Shown one piece after another: positions 47,379 through 60,989 of a stretch of 64,000 bases of DNA. Within the stretch, counting starts at the first letter, position 1, and every line of letters begins with the position of its first letter. The DNA comes from Sphyrna mokarran (Eukaryota), in assembly GCA_024679065.1 (NCBI GenBank), contig JAGIQG010000017.1, forward strand, positions 32,798,001 through 32,862,000, written 5' to 3'. The notes under the pieces are model-generated. The model was not told the DNA's origin and did no database searches. It worked only from the letters and a program-made list of their open reading frames with translations. Position numbers and translations under genes: made by a program.

Positions 47379-50300
47379 TATCTTCAATTGACTCTCAATG
47401 TTGATACTCTATAGATAAACGGATCGGGATGCTTTCCTGCATTAAGATATTATATGAATCAAGTGACCCAGATTGTAAAGAAGCACAAACCAGCTAAGAT
47501 GAACTAAGATGAAGTTTATCTAATATTCCAGTTTGGTGCACGTGCATCAGTATATATACATATACAGGGTGTGACTCAGTTACCACTTTTTTGTGTGAAA
47601 TCCTAAGAAGATATTTACTCCACAACAGCAGAGGTTTTCTTAATTACAACTGTCAGTGGTTTGGTTATAAGCTGACTGTAATCTTGCCAGCGAGTCTACA
47701 GCACGACTTCAGAGCAAAGGAAGTTGTCAGGGAACCAAGTAAATAAAGTGCCTCTCAAGTGATGAAACAAGGGATTAGAAAACAAGCACTTTATCCTAAT
47801 CCAATTATCAATGTGCCTCAATACAATGCCAGCTATTAAGATGTCAGTCTGGTATCAAACATTAATCACAATATCTCCTTCTAGGGTTTGACCAATACAT
47901 TCATTAGAGCTGGCAAATTTTCAGTTTTGAGAATTTATTTGCTACGTTCAACAATAGTTTATTTTCACGTGCAAATATAATAATGACAGCTCAATCTAGA
48001 TTTGAAGCAGGAGTAGGTGCTTTATTTTTAAAATGAACTTTTTCACACTCTAGGCACTTAATCCCAGTGACAATAATGATGAACCTTTAATCCTTTGGAG
48101 GATCCTCACGGGATGTACCAAAAACTAGAGCAGAATTAACATGCACAGGTGTTATAAATGTTACAGTTGTGTGCAGTGGCTGCCCAGGTTCCCTTTGGTG
48201 CTGACAGCTTCTTGCCTTTAGGAAGGTATTGTTCATTGAACCAGAGAGAGGGCTGGGCAAGAGGTCTTTTAAAGTTTTATTTATCGGAATGAACAGCTGA
48301 ACAACTGCAGATGCTGGAGTATAATTATTTTTAATGATGTTTCTTAGAATGTATACAAAGCATCCAATAATAAAACCATGAACCAAAACAAAAAAAGGAT
48401 TAATGAATAAGCACTCATTTTGAATATTGCACCGTGTAAATCTTCAACGAAATAAAAGACATGGGATATAACTACAACATTAATTATTTCTGAATAACAT
48501 CAGATTTTCACTCTGAGTTAAACTAACCACATTACACATGGCATATGGAAATAATTCTGATTTGTGAATAGTGTACCTCAAATTAGTTTTCAGTTAAAGT
48601 GTTGATTCCAGAGAATGCGATACTGATTCTGGAAGAAGGTAAGTTATTTTAAAAATAGGCTATTTTAATGAAACGCATCAAGTCTGTAAAGATGATTCAA
48701 TGCCTGTTATGAACATTTCAGCAAAGGCTGACTGGCTGCTGAGAGATTTTAATCATAAAGTTTTCACTGTCTCCAAGCTCTTGCTTGTAGTCTGTCTCTA
48801 AACAACACATATTGGAAAGTCTTTGGTTTAAATCACTGCTGTATAAATCATTAATAGTGATAGAGACAGAGAGAACTTGCTGCAACCAGCTGCGGCATCC
48901 CTGATTCAGGGATGGAGAATGTTTGAACATTTACACGAACATGTTTCCTATTCCTGATCCCAATGTAGTTGTGTGAAGATGGAGGGGTGGGGCAGTGCAG
49001 AGGGTGGTGAGAAGTGGTTTGTGGGGACTGGGGCCACAGGGGATGCAGTGGAGATGATGCTTTCTGCCCACTGAGATATTGAGCGACTGGATCATGTTCA
49101 GCTGTGATGTCCCTCTTGGTCAGAATTGGATGCTGAGTATCAAGGGTTATCCCTGAATAATAGACATGTGGTCAAGATTTTGGAGGGTGTTTCTAGATAT
49201 ATCCTATTTAAAGCAGCCAACATTTTGCAAAGGAAACGAAGGATGGGAATTGTTCAACTTTTAAAGTTTGTTCAACTTTCAACCACTTGAGGACAGGCCA
49301 GGGAAGATGTGGCCACAGATAGAACATGAGGAACAACTCAAATTGTAACTGTGGCCATCCAGGTTAGACCATTTCCTCCATTCCTCCCTGAGGGATCCAT
49401 TCCTATGGCATCACTACCATTCACACTCTGTCAGCTAAAATTGCTGAATGGATTGTTAACTTCAACATTGTATCATGTTTTCTCAGTCATACAAATAAAA
49501 AAACTCCAACCAAATCTGACATTGATTAGCTTGAAATACATAAGCTTTCGGTTGAAACTTACTCAGAGTGGCAATCAGCATCAGATTGCCACTCCATACT
49601 CACTTACCTGATCAAATTTCATCCAGGCCTATTTCGCCTAACCTTCCTGATAAAATCCAGGCGGTGCAGTTATCTCCAAGGCTCAGCATCAAAGACTAAC
49701 AGAGTTGGAGTGATGGAGGACATGCCCCCTTTCATTGTTGCATTAGTTATCATAAACAGATAAGTTTGCAGGTCCCTCTGAGAATGACAGGCCAGGTCAA
49801 AGGTAAGTCTCTCAGGTAAGTCGAACAAATGGGGGGATTTGAGGGGGTCAGAGGTCGGGAGGGATTGGACATCAGGAGTGCGGTGCAGAGGTCCAGACAA
49901 TGGGAGTTAGGTCAGGCTAAGATGGGTGGAGGGCATCTACAGTGGTGTGGGGTTTCAGATATGGGAGGTTAGGGTGGGGTTGGGTCAATTTGGGTGGGCA
50001 GTTCACATTAGATCAGAGGGTCCAGATCAGGTCAGTGAGGGTTGGTGTGTCAGGTCAGGCTTATCAACTATAGCTGGGTTGGAGGTTTTGGTTGAGAAGT
50101 GGGGTGCCAGATGGGATTAAAAGGAGGTTCATCCAGGTTGGGGGCGGGGGGTAAGTTCTGATGATCAGATTGGTAGCGGGAAGAAGAGGGGAGGAGAAAT
50201 CCAGCCAAGTCAAGGTGTCGGGTCAAATCAGCTGGAGACTGATCGAGTCTGTGGGTCCAGCTGTTGGGGATGTCAGACTGGTTAGGGAGACAATCCAGCT

Positions 50301-50963
50301 GAGCTGCATAGGGATGTGTTGATTCAGGATGTGGGATCTGATCAAGGAGAGGTCCAGCTGGGCCATGGGTATCAGTTTGGGTTGGAGGCGTTGCTGGATT
50401 CGGTGGGGAGAGAGGGGTTAATATTAACATTACAATAACAGACTGTAATTTCTTGGCTCATTGTGGTGGATCTTATTAATAAGATCACAATATTAAGGAT
50501 TTGTATCTATTTTCATCTCTCGCTGGCTCGATTATTTCCACAAACCTAGCACCTTTCCCTAAACACAATGTCCTTCTGACCCCCTGCACTCTCTCCGCAA
50601 CTCTCCATTTGCTTCAGCATTAATGACTCTACATTCAGCCATCCCAGCTCCATCACCTGGAATTCCATTCCTAACCCTTAGTCTGACTCTCTTCCAGACC
50701 TCCTTTTTGGCCATGGTCCTTTTTCTCTCTAGTTACACCTCTGTGAGAAGTTTCAGAATGTTTTCCACACGAAAGGTGTTATGCTCACGTAAACTGTTCA
50801 GAAACACCGCATCATGGTTGGGAATGTCAAAATTTCCAGAAATTAGAAAGGTGTTTAAGAGTAGATCCAAATGGAACTGCCAATGAAATAGAAACATTCC
50901 AAGCTCCACTGTTGAAAGTTATTGAACCCCAGGAAAGCCAATCTCAGAACCCTGGCAGAATTT

Positions 50964-51178
50964 CTGATTTGACTTGATTTAATTATTGTTGTCACATGTA
51001 TTGGGAGACAGTGAAAAGTAGTGTTTCTTGTGCACTGTGCAGACAAAGCATACTGTTCATGGAATACATAGGGAAGAAGAAAAGGACAGAATGCAGAATG
51101 TAGTGTTACAGTCATAGCTTCGGTGTAGCGAAAGAACAACTTCTTATAAGGTCGGTTCATTCAAAAGTCTGATGGCAG
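50964..51178 (-). mobile_element. Rex1/Babar-like LINE 3' end
   Basis: TGATTTGACTTGATTTAATTATTGTTGTCACATG..., homologous to 2830-3020. Confidence 0.85.
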
Positions 51179-51440
51179 TATATTTTGCCCCAATGTTTGC
51201 CACGGGCAAAAATCAGGTTTTCACTCTTCTCTGATGCCGAATATTATCTCAGTGATGAGCTAACAATTCATCTTGCATGTTTAATGTTTAAACTTTGTCA
51301 CATTGTCACCTGGTGCTTGTAGAAATCTGCAATTCAATACCACCATCTACTGGTGTGTTCAGGTAGAACAACACACTGTTACAAAGGGATAACTAAACTC
51401 ATTTTGTACATTGCAGAATTTTGGACAATTTCATTTCAAG

Positions 51441-51700
51441 AGTGGCACAGTGATTAGCATTGCTGTCTCACAGTGCCAAGGACAGGTTCAATTCCCAGTT
51501 TGGGGCACTGTATGGAGTTTGCACATTCTCCTCGTGTCTCCTCTGGGTGTTCCTGTTTCCTCCCACAATGTAAATATGTGCTGGTTAGGTGCACTGGCCA
51601 TGCTAAACAGACTTTCAGTGTATCTGAATAGGCACCTCAGTTGATGACTTCATTGCAGTGTTAACATAAGCCTATCTGTGATACTAATAAACAAACTTTT
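51441..51700 (+). mobile_element. V-SINE-like element, tail type B
   Basis: GTGGCACAGTGATTAGC, GGTTCAATTCCC, core, TGTGATACTAATAAACAAACTT. Confidence 0.88.
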
Positions 51701-52094
51701 TTAGTTACAACAGAATTCCAAACACATTTCACGAAACTCAACTTGACCTTTCGAGCGTCTCATTTTTGCCCAGTTTAATGTTGCCTTTCCAATATGATTA
51801 GTTTTGGAAAGTTTGAGTACACTCAGCTGTTAGTTCAGCTGTCAGACGATGAGTCAAGTTCTCCAATACACTTTGCAGTGAATTGGCCAATTCCAGCTGG
51901 GGTGACAGTAGATGTTTCACTTATGCCCTTTGCTGTTCTTTATCATTATGCAGCAACAGCTGATGAGAGTAGATTGCGGATGGAGTGAGGATTAAATGGT
52001 GCAATGAGTCTCTTTGATCAAATAAGTTTTCGGCACTCACTCTCGGTTTGCAACTGAAGGTTGGGCAATTTACTGCACACCTTCTTAACAACAT

Positions 52095-52380
52095 ACTGTC
52101 CCTACTCAGCCCAACTACCATGGAAACATTCATCTATGATTTTGTCACTCACAGTCATGAATATTCCAATGTTTTCTTGACCAGCCTCTCATTCAATATT
52201 CATCTTATCCAAAAACCTCCATATCTCTTCTCCTGCACAAGATCCACCCATCTCTCAGCCTGTTCTTGCTGCTTACACTGATTCCCAGTTCCCCAGTTTA
52301 ACAATTTCTACTGAACACTTTAATTCTCCTCTGTGGTTGTGCTCCACCCTATCTCTGTAAACTCCTCCATCCATGCAACC
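52095..52380 (+). mobile_element. L2 LINE RT C-terminal relic
   Basis: LSPTTMETFIYDFVTHSHEYSNVFLTSL resembles the L2 pattern L....ETLIHAFVTSRLDYSN.LL.GL. Confidence 0.65.
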
Positions 52381-52629
52381 ATTTGATCAATAGTTTGATT
52401 ATTCCTCCTATTATTTTCTCTGGCTTGGCATTACAGTAACTTGGTGCTTTCTATTGTCTTACATGACTGCAGCATCTATCCAGTGCTAACCATGCTGTTG
52501 CCTGGCTTTATGGCTGAGCAAGGATTCACTATCATGAGGGGCTAGCACCAGTTAGAGCCCGCACGGGACCTTTTGATGGTATTGTGATTGAATGAGGTGT
52601 TGAGCAGCTCCGTGGGAGCAGAATCTGAT

Positions 52630-53165
52630 CTGGGAAAGATTGATGAAAAGAGATAGGATTCCAATGATACTACACTTGGTGCATGAGATTCTAAAAGGAA
52701 ATATATCCGCAGGGACATAGAGACCTTCCACACACACATTCAGAAAGCAGCGGGAGCAAATAGCTACAGAGATCAGTGCCAGTGGTTTGGATGCAATGTC
52801 GCAAGAAGTTTAATGACCTTGCATGAATGCTCAAGGTCACTAAATGCATCTTCAATGTCATTTCTCACCAATCTCAGCAATGGTTTCAGAACATGATTCC
52901 ATTCTTTTCAGCCATTCTCCAGTCTCTATGAACAGTTATATGCTGTACCAGAATCTTACACACTGAGATGTACTAGAAGCTTCTAAACCCATACCCCACA
53001 GCTACCACGAACCACCAGTTATTCAACTATGGCAGCCATAGCAGACAAACAGACTGCACAACATACACTAACGCATCACCCTCTCTCTTGCAAGACAAAT
53101 TGGTACATAACTGAAGGCAGAAGTACCCAACCAGTGAGGGACAGGCATATCCTCATATCCTGACC
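52630..53165 (+). pseudogene. Myb/SANT DNA-binding gene relic of a PIF/Harbinger transposon (two exon remnants)
   Basis: RPSTHTFRKQREQIATEISAS, then WMQCRKKFNDL (52788-52820); donor AAG|GTCA at 52836; second exon DKLVHN*RQKYPTSEGQAYPHILT after TCTCTCTTGCAAG (~53094). Confidence 0.75.
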
Positions 53166-53957
53166 ATCACCTCTGTTCATTCTCCCTGTCACGCTGTAGT
53201 CCAAAGGGAATACAATCTATTGCAAGTCACAAGAAAGGCCTCTTGCACACCACTTCCTGTAGCAATTTTAAAGAACTCCAGAAATCACAACTTGTACAAT
53301 CTCAGTAACAGTCAGTAGAAATCAAAAAGCAGATAAGCTGTGGGTTGGAGATGGTGCCCTTATGGTAGTCGGATCCTTCCTGCTGAATGTTTGTTCAGCT
53401 GTGTGTGTTCGAGAGATGGTATTAGCTGAAATGTTGAGCTCTAAATAGTCAACAATGATATTAAGTTGTCACTTAATGTCACAGTCCCCCGGTTTGCTCA
53501 GGCAGATGGTCCCTCACCACATGGCATCTGACGCCATACTTACCAGAAGTAGGGTGACATGGATGTGATTATGGAGCAAAAGTTGGCCTCTTTAGATGAT
53601 CAACATACATTATTGTGCAAAGATATTTAAAAAGGTTGAAGACATAAATATATCATCCACACATTCAAAATAAAAATTAAAGGGAACGCTACCAAAAGCA
53701 AACCTAGGCCAAGGAGCTAGGGTCAGAAGATAGAGAGACAGAAGGAATGAAGACAGATGTTCATTGTCAGGTACACTGAAGCAAGTTTATATTTTTAATT
53801 TGGAACCATAAAAGGAAGATTAGGTGATATGTCAAAATACAGCATCTTGGAACATTGAATCCAGTTTAATAGCGTATTTTCATTGATTAATACTTAATGA
53901 ATATTAATTACCACAAAATGCTTTAATCTTTGATATAATAGTAAATAAACTTATAGC

Positions 53958-54379
53958 TTTTTTATTCATTAGTGTCACAAGTAGGTTTACATTAACATGG
54001 CAATGAAATTACTGTGAAAATTGCCACAATCCAGAGGCTATTTGCATAGACTGAGGAAGAATGTAACACGGTCAATGCGCCTAACCAGCACATCTTTCGG
54101 ACTGTGGGAGGAAACCAGAACATCCAGAGAAAACCCACACAGACACAGAGAGAACATGAAGACTCAAAACAGACAGTGACCCAAGCCGGGAATTGAACCT
54201 CGCTCAGTCACAATACAATGACCATTAAGAGATCCTGTACGGGCTCTAACTGGTGCTAGCCCCTCAAGATAGTGACTCTCTGCTCAGCCATCAAGCCAAG
54301 CACCAGTACGGTTGTTTCGAATTGAACCCGGGCCCCTGCCGCTGTGAGGCAGCAATGCTAACCACTGTGTCATGTGCCT
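53958..54379 (-). mobile_element. V-SINE-like element, tail type B, interrupted in its B-box
   Basis: Head CACAGTGGTTAGCATTGCTGCCTCACAGC; B-box GGTTCAATTC duplicated around an insert. Confidence 0.9.
54200..54318. mobile_element. Unidentified 119-bp insertion with 10-bp TSD; homologue at 52488-52595
   Basis: GAATTGAACC at 54190-54199 and 54319-54328; 27-nt exact inverted match to the 52.5 kb copy. Confidence 0.8.
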
Positions 54380-56787
54380 CTCTTAGCTCATCCTGCTGAG
54401 AAAAAGAATTGACCTTTGATTGTGAATGTTTGCCCCGGTAATTGATCAGTGAGCCTTTAGAAAGCAATGTGGTGATAAGACTGTCAACAGCTTCCTCTAA
54501 TGTCCTGCTTGTAGCTACTCCCGCCAGGAGATCAGTTGTCATGGTACTCCCCATGATTAACTATGGGGAAAAAAACAGTGCAACTGGCCACTTATCTTCC
54601 TAAGATAACCAGGGATATGTCACACATCTTGCTGTTCTCTCCTCTTGAGTCATCGCCTGACTAACCTTTCAGGATTTATTGCTTCATCACCATTGCCACT
54701 CTTCATGTACATTGAAGAGGGTGACACTCCCACATCACACTCAAAACCGATAAGCCCCTCATTTAGTTTAGTTCAGCCCCCGGGGCTTAGCTGCTGGTGT
54801 TGTACAATCAGTCACTTAGATTCATAAGTGGGAGATGGAGAGCTGTGGGATGTTGGTTTTCCCCGTCCACACCTCTTTTGATGTGAGTGTATGGCTTGGC
54901 AGGGGTTCAAGTGGACTTGTCCTCACAAACATCCATTGTATAGACCAATATGATTCGAGTTATTTTTGGTTAAGTTTCATCATTTTTCTAACCAGGTGAT
55001 GGCTAAACCGGAATAAATTCAGGTTGACAGAGGGATCAAATTAAAATGCAAGGGGAAGTCGTACAACAAAAAAAATCATCCATGAAGAAATAAAATAAAG
55101 TCAGAAATCAATACTGAAATATTCTGACACAAAAGCTAAATATGACAAATCTGGGAAATCTGAAATAAAAACAGAAGTTGTTGGAAATACTCAGCAGGTG
55201 AGAAGAGGAACAGAGTTAACATTTCAGGCGGAGGTTTTTCTGTTTTATGTTAGAAATATTCAGAATTAGATAGAAAGAAAGATTTAAATACAAAGATGGA
55301 GAGATTGGCCCTTGTGGAATTTGTTTCCCTGGTGAAAATTTTGCATTGTAGTTTCAGTATCGTGTCAATTTCAGTCTAGTCCATCCTATTTCTCCTTGAA
55401 CCGCGCCAATTAATCAGCTGGAAACCAATAATTTCTAAGTGGCTGCCTGAAACATTGAACATTTAATTTATTGTCTGACTATATGTTTATCATCACTCGT
55501 CATTATCTGAACGTTGCATGCAGCATGTGTGATCCACTCAGTTTTTCTTGGGCCTACAAATTAAAGCAGAAAGATCCACCTGATGAGTGCTCCTCCTCCC
55601 TGTCACCCACCCACTTCTGTGGTATTCCAGGGTTCAAGGTTGCTGATGGTCTTTATCCCAAACTTGGGAGGCAGCCCAGGCATTCTCCAGGTAAGTTCCA
55701 ACTTTTGCTCATGCCACATAACAGAGAATCCAGCATGGGGTGGCGGGGGGTGGTGGGGGAAGAATTCTGGTTTGGCCCTTTATTTTCATCTGATTAGTGG
55801 TGGGGGAGAGGCATGGGAGAAATCTGTCCGTTAATTTTGTTTCTCCCTCCACAGTTACTGCCTCACCTGCTGAATATTTCCAGTATTTTTTAGATTCTAT
55901 TTTGGATTTCCAGTATCTACACTAGTTTGCTTTTTTCCTTAAATAGAAGTATTTCTCACCATAATAGTGTGCAACTTTTTACTAAGTGCTGACAAATAAT
56001 TTAGTTGTCAAATGAGCCGTTGATGGTTTTCTGGGCAGCTGTTCTCAATGTGCACTTTACCAAAATGACATCCTGGACCAGGCATGGGTTGACCAAAAAA
56101 TGCAGCTTAAGACCTCACTTTGGCCGTTGAAGAGGCTCTTTAGTACGACCAAAAATATTCTGGAAAAAATCATCCTTAAAAATCTCTAGCAGCAATACTA
56201 TATGTAGGAATGAGATTCAACGTACCGTTTCCGAACTGCTGAGATTTACTGGAAACACAGGAGCATATATCTAAGCAGCAATAAATATCTTTGTATTGAT
56301 AACTTTCTGTGGTGTGTTTAGTTGGAAATGAATGTGGAAATGAAGCAATTCCTTCAAAATCAGAGGGAGTCTGCAGGTGAGTTGCCTCTTTCACAAGGCT
56401 AACGGTGAAAAAGCACAAACCACCCAGTAACATATGGTGATTGTGCAATTCACAGGATTTCTCTTCCTTGCCACAAGTTGCCTGATGACTTATACATTCA
56501 TAACTGAGGCATCGCTGGCCTTCACTATATTGGCAGCTATTCAGCTACTAATGTCTCGCATGGTCGGACTGAAGTTGGGGGCTAACTATGTAAAAATTGT
56601 GGATGATAATGTAACACACACCACAGCCTGGATTCTCTCCCCTCAAAAACTTGAGTTCCCAACATGCTGGAGAACAGGAATATTTTCTACCCAATTTTTG
56701 GGTGTATTTACCAGAATGAATCTCCGACGCTCTGTATATCATTGAGTGCCTCCGGAAGATTCATACCAAAATGTGGGGGATTAACCA

Positions 56788-56866
56788 TTAAAGTCCAACA
56801 GGTTTATTTAGTAGCAAAAGAAGTGGCTTTTGCTACCAAATAAACCTGCTGGACTTTAACCTGGTG
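56788..56866. mobile_element. Penelope family-2 terminal-repeat fragment reduced to a palindrome
   Basis: TTAAAGTCCAACAGGTTTATTTAGTAGCAAAAG / CTTTTGCTACCAAATAAACCTGCTGGACTTTAA. Confidence 0.85.
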
Positions 56867-58281
56867 TGCCTGGCACTGCCAGACTGGCATTGACCAAGGG
56901 GCATCTCCCTTGCTCCTGACCTTCTAAAAGGGCATCAATGGCCTCTGTCCCCACTAGCTGGGTAAATACACCTGCTCCCCATTGGTGGGAAGCAGTTGTA
57001 AATGCCATTGGTAAGAACCTCTCCCAATAGGAAGGATGATGATAGCAGGTCCGGGCCCACTAATCATATGGAAATAGCTACTTCCAAATGGTAATCAGCT
57101 TCATGCCGATTTCCAGTGCAGAGCTGATTATGCTAAAGAGACTCATGATCAGCTGGATGCTTGTTGCAAGTTCTGCTAAGGCCATTGATAACTTCCGGCC
57201 CACTGCGCTGCTCGAGTAGCACGGTGGACTGGGAGAATCCCCGCATTTCAAGTTCTACTTCTTATCCTTTACTTCATTTAGCATCATGCTTTCCTTCTTT
57301 CTTTTCAGTTGAAAGCTTTTAATTTTTCAATATATATTTGCACTTCATTTTCACTGTCTTCTTTCCTCTTCTCTTACCTCTGGCCTGAACAGCACATCAT
57401 TGACAAAAGGACTAAAAAGACTAAAGAAGACTTAGTGATGACTTCAGTGGCTAACAGTCCAGATGCTGTGCGAATGACGTTATTGTGAAAATGTTCTTAC
57501 AGGTTTTATTAGGTTTGGCAACAGAAGTATGCAAAGTCATCAATGAGTCATTATCAAATCTTCTGGAAACGTTTTTGCACTTGTGTATTCAGTTACCTAT
57601 AAACAAAAATGAAAACTAGAATTGCTACTCTGAACATTCAAAGCATTATTTTCAGAGTAGGCTAATCTAGAGGCCTAGCATGTCCCTAAAAGACCTGAGC
57701 TCAACGTTTTAGCTAACTTCTTTTTATGAGCTTATATGATACCGCTATTCTATGATACCCCAATTAAAGAGATAATGGTAAGATGTAAAATTTCCAACTG
57801 CTGCAGGCAAGGTTTCAGGATCCCTGGTCCAGAATTATTGTAGTCTTATTGTTCAATTTGTGAAATGACTGATTGAATCTATTAATAAATCATTTAAAAA
57901 ATATTGTTAAAGGATAGATCTTCTGACTTCTTTCCTTCTGTAAACCATTTGGACTGTTCGATGCTTTCCAAGGTAAAATGTGAACTATAATTCATGGAAT
58001 GTGTTGTATCATTAGTCAATCTGAATCGTACACTTTATTGAGCGATTGAATGGCAATCATCCATTCACCAACAAAACCTCGGTCACTAACTCCGATTTTG
58101 AGCCCTATGTATGGAGAACATCAATGCAATGTTATACTGGTAGTATAGCAAGCTCTCACCAGACAGTCACTTTCTTTTGTGAGCTTCAGGAAAAACAATT
58201 CAGCTCTCTTCAAATTTTGTAAAACCTTGTTCTTCGATTGCAAGTGCTTTAGTCACATGCAACAGTTTTAGTTAGTGGCTC

Positions 58282-58567
58282 AATGGCACAGTGGTTAGCA
58301 CTGCTGCCTCACAGCTCCAGAGACTGAGTTTGATTCTTGGCTTGGGTCACAATCTGTGTGGAGTTTCCTCCGAGTGCTCTGGTTTCCTCCCTCAGTCCAA
58401 AGATGTTCAGATTAGGTGGATTGGCCAAGCTAAATTGTCCCTTTGTGTCAGGAGATTAGTAAGAGTAAATGCATGGGGTTATGGGGCTAAGGCCTGGGTG
58501 GGATTGTGGTCAGTGTTGAATTAATGGGCCCAATGGCCTTCTTTTGCACTGCAGGATTCTATGATTC
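58282..58567 (+). mobile_element. HE1-like SINE, tail type A
   Basis: GGCACAGTGGTTAGCACTGCTGCCTCACAG head; GGATTCTATGATTC tail. Confidence 0.9.
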
Positions 58568-60989
58568 ATATTTTAATAACTCATTCTTAAAACAATAGGG
58601 ATGAGCTGTGAAGTATTCTATGGATGTTTTCACCTTACTACCTAGTAAGTTATTAATGTCAACATCCCACATTAAAAATGGCCCCCTACAATGGTAAACA
58701 AGATTCTTAAGATAATTATGCTGTATGAATGTTTAAACACAACATAAAGATTTTCTGATTATCAGAGTCATTCACTTTGGCAGAGGCAGCAAATAGGGTA
58801 CAATTTTCTCTGGACTTTCAGGATGTCTTTTTAGGCCTGCACTCTAGAACAATGCAAATTTCAAGTTGGCAAGAAATAAATGAGTATTATGGAATTTCTG
58901 GAAATATGCCATGAATTGATTTCATCTTCCAAAATGGACAATAAGATAGTAACTTCAGTCTTTCAGAAATTAAAATCCTTAAGCAGTATTTTTGCTTATT
59001 ACAAGTTAAATTATGAATATTACAATTACAAAGGTCCTTGAGGTTGTATTTTGGAGTCACAAAAAGACAATGAAAAGAGGGATGGAAAGTAAATTCACTT
59101 GTGTCTGAACTGAACAGCCTTACCCATGTGGCCATTGGGACACTTAAATCAGACTAACTGAAGACAACTACCTCTGAAATCCCACGTCAGCAGTGACCGC
59201 AGGAATGATGCTGTTAAAACCCACTAAAAATCACCACAACAAAATGAAACATTTATAATGCTGGCTCTTTCCAAGCCAGGTCAGGTAGCAGCAGCAACAT
59301 CAGTATATTTTCAGGCTTGAAAACTTGAAGTTGGGCGTGAGGTAAGTAGCACGATCTGTGACCACCTCGGCTCCCGTTTGCCTTTACCAAGAGCCTAAAA
59401 TGCATGCATTTAAATTGATATGATGGGCTGGACACCCAAATTTACTGGCATTTCCCTCTTTACCGCCACGTTCACTTGTCCAGATTTGGCACGAAACTGA
59501 TATGATCCTCTAAGGTCCGATTCGGGCGCTCCAGCTTCTGAGAAGATAAGTCAGAGTCCACTGGCTCCTTGACTCAGATTGGTAGTGGGAGATGGGGGGG
59601 GGAGGGAGGCAGGTCAGATGGCTCTCTGGTGGGGGAGAAGAGGAGGGAGGTAGGTCAGATCGCTCTCTGGTGGGGGGGGTGGAAACAGAGGGGATCCACT
59701 GCCATTGTGTTTGCAATCAGTGGAGGGGAAGGGCAGCAGGGGCCATGATTGGCCTTGGTGGCAGGGCGTGATGGGGGGCTAAGGAGGACAGTTATGTTGT
59801 GGGGCCAGGGAGAAGCATTATCAAGTCCAGGAGCAATGTGATAGGGGAGCATTTTTCTATTATTTTTAACTGCGCGTGCACAGTTGAAGACTTTAATCGG
59901 AGTAGTGTTTTGAGTGTAAGAAGTCCCACCCATAACGATTTAGAATCACTATTTTTTTCTCAAGCAGAGTACGTATGAGGGTGCTGGAGAACGCGTGTAA
60001 AACTATGATCTGAAACACTCCTAGATTCAGCACTGAGAATCAAAATGGTAAAATCTGTGAAGACTACCATGGCAACAGTGTGGGAATTCACAAGAAAGAT
60101 ACCTCCAGTGTATGAAAGTCCTCTATTATTGAAGTTCTCATATGTTCTGTGTTGGGTGAATATATCAAGAAACAATTAAGCACACAGTTGCTGGGTTGTG
60201 AGCTGTTGACTTCTCCATTGTTACCCATACGCCCTGTGGAGTATTTTACACATTCTTAAATCAATGCTCATGCTCAGATTGGAGCTTCCTTTGATATCAA
60301 AGCCAAAAGATCGACTTGAATACTGAGTAAAGGTCACTGCCTTAACATTCCCACCTAGAAAAAAACAACAAAATCAATTTGCTCTTCTATAATGCATTTA
60401 AGCATGGAATCGATGATTCCAAGGTACTCACAAACAGCATAGAAATGATGTGGAAATGTGAGTTCCCACATGCCTGGAAGGCTTAAGTACTAAACAGCAA
60501 AATATGCCTCTGCATCAGACTGAGTGAAAGATGTGCTCTCATCATTGTCTTAAGAGCTGACAATCTCTACAAAGTATGTGAAAGAGGAAAGGTTAATTCG
60601 TAATGAATCATTACAACAGAATTTATGTGCAAGTGTCATTGGGAAACTTACATAAACCTTGAAAGGCAATTTTTACAACTACAGTGTTGGTATCAGCACT
60701 TTTTTCTCTTAGTATTGTTACTAAAACACTACTAATGTGAGTTCCTAAATTTGATGTGAGTAAGGTATAGAAGTTAATGCTTCTTTACATTTGATAAATC
60801 TTTTTGAACAACGATTTGAAAATAAATTGAAACTCTGGTTCTGTCATAGACAGTAACACATCTTTTATCTTTACAAATATTGATAGGCAGATTTTTATCA
60901 GAGTTTAAGTGTGGACATATTATTCTCCACCAAGTGCAATATTCCACTGCAAGAAATTAAAGCTCAATAGTTTAAAGAAATATCATTTA

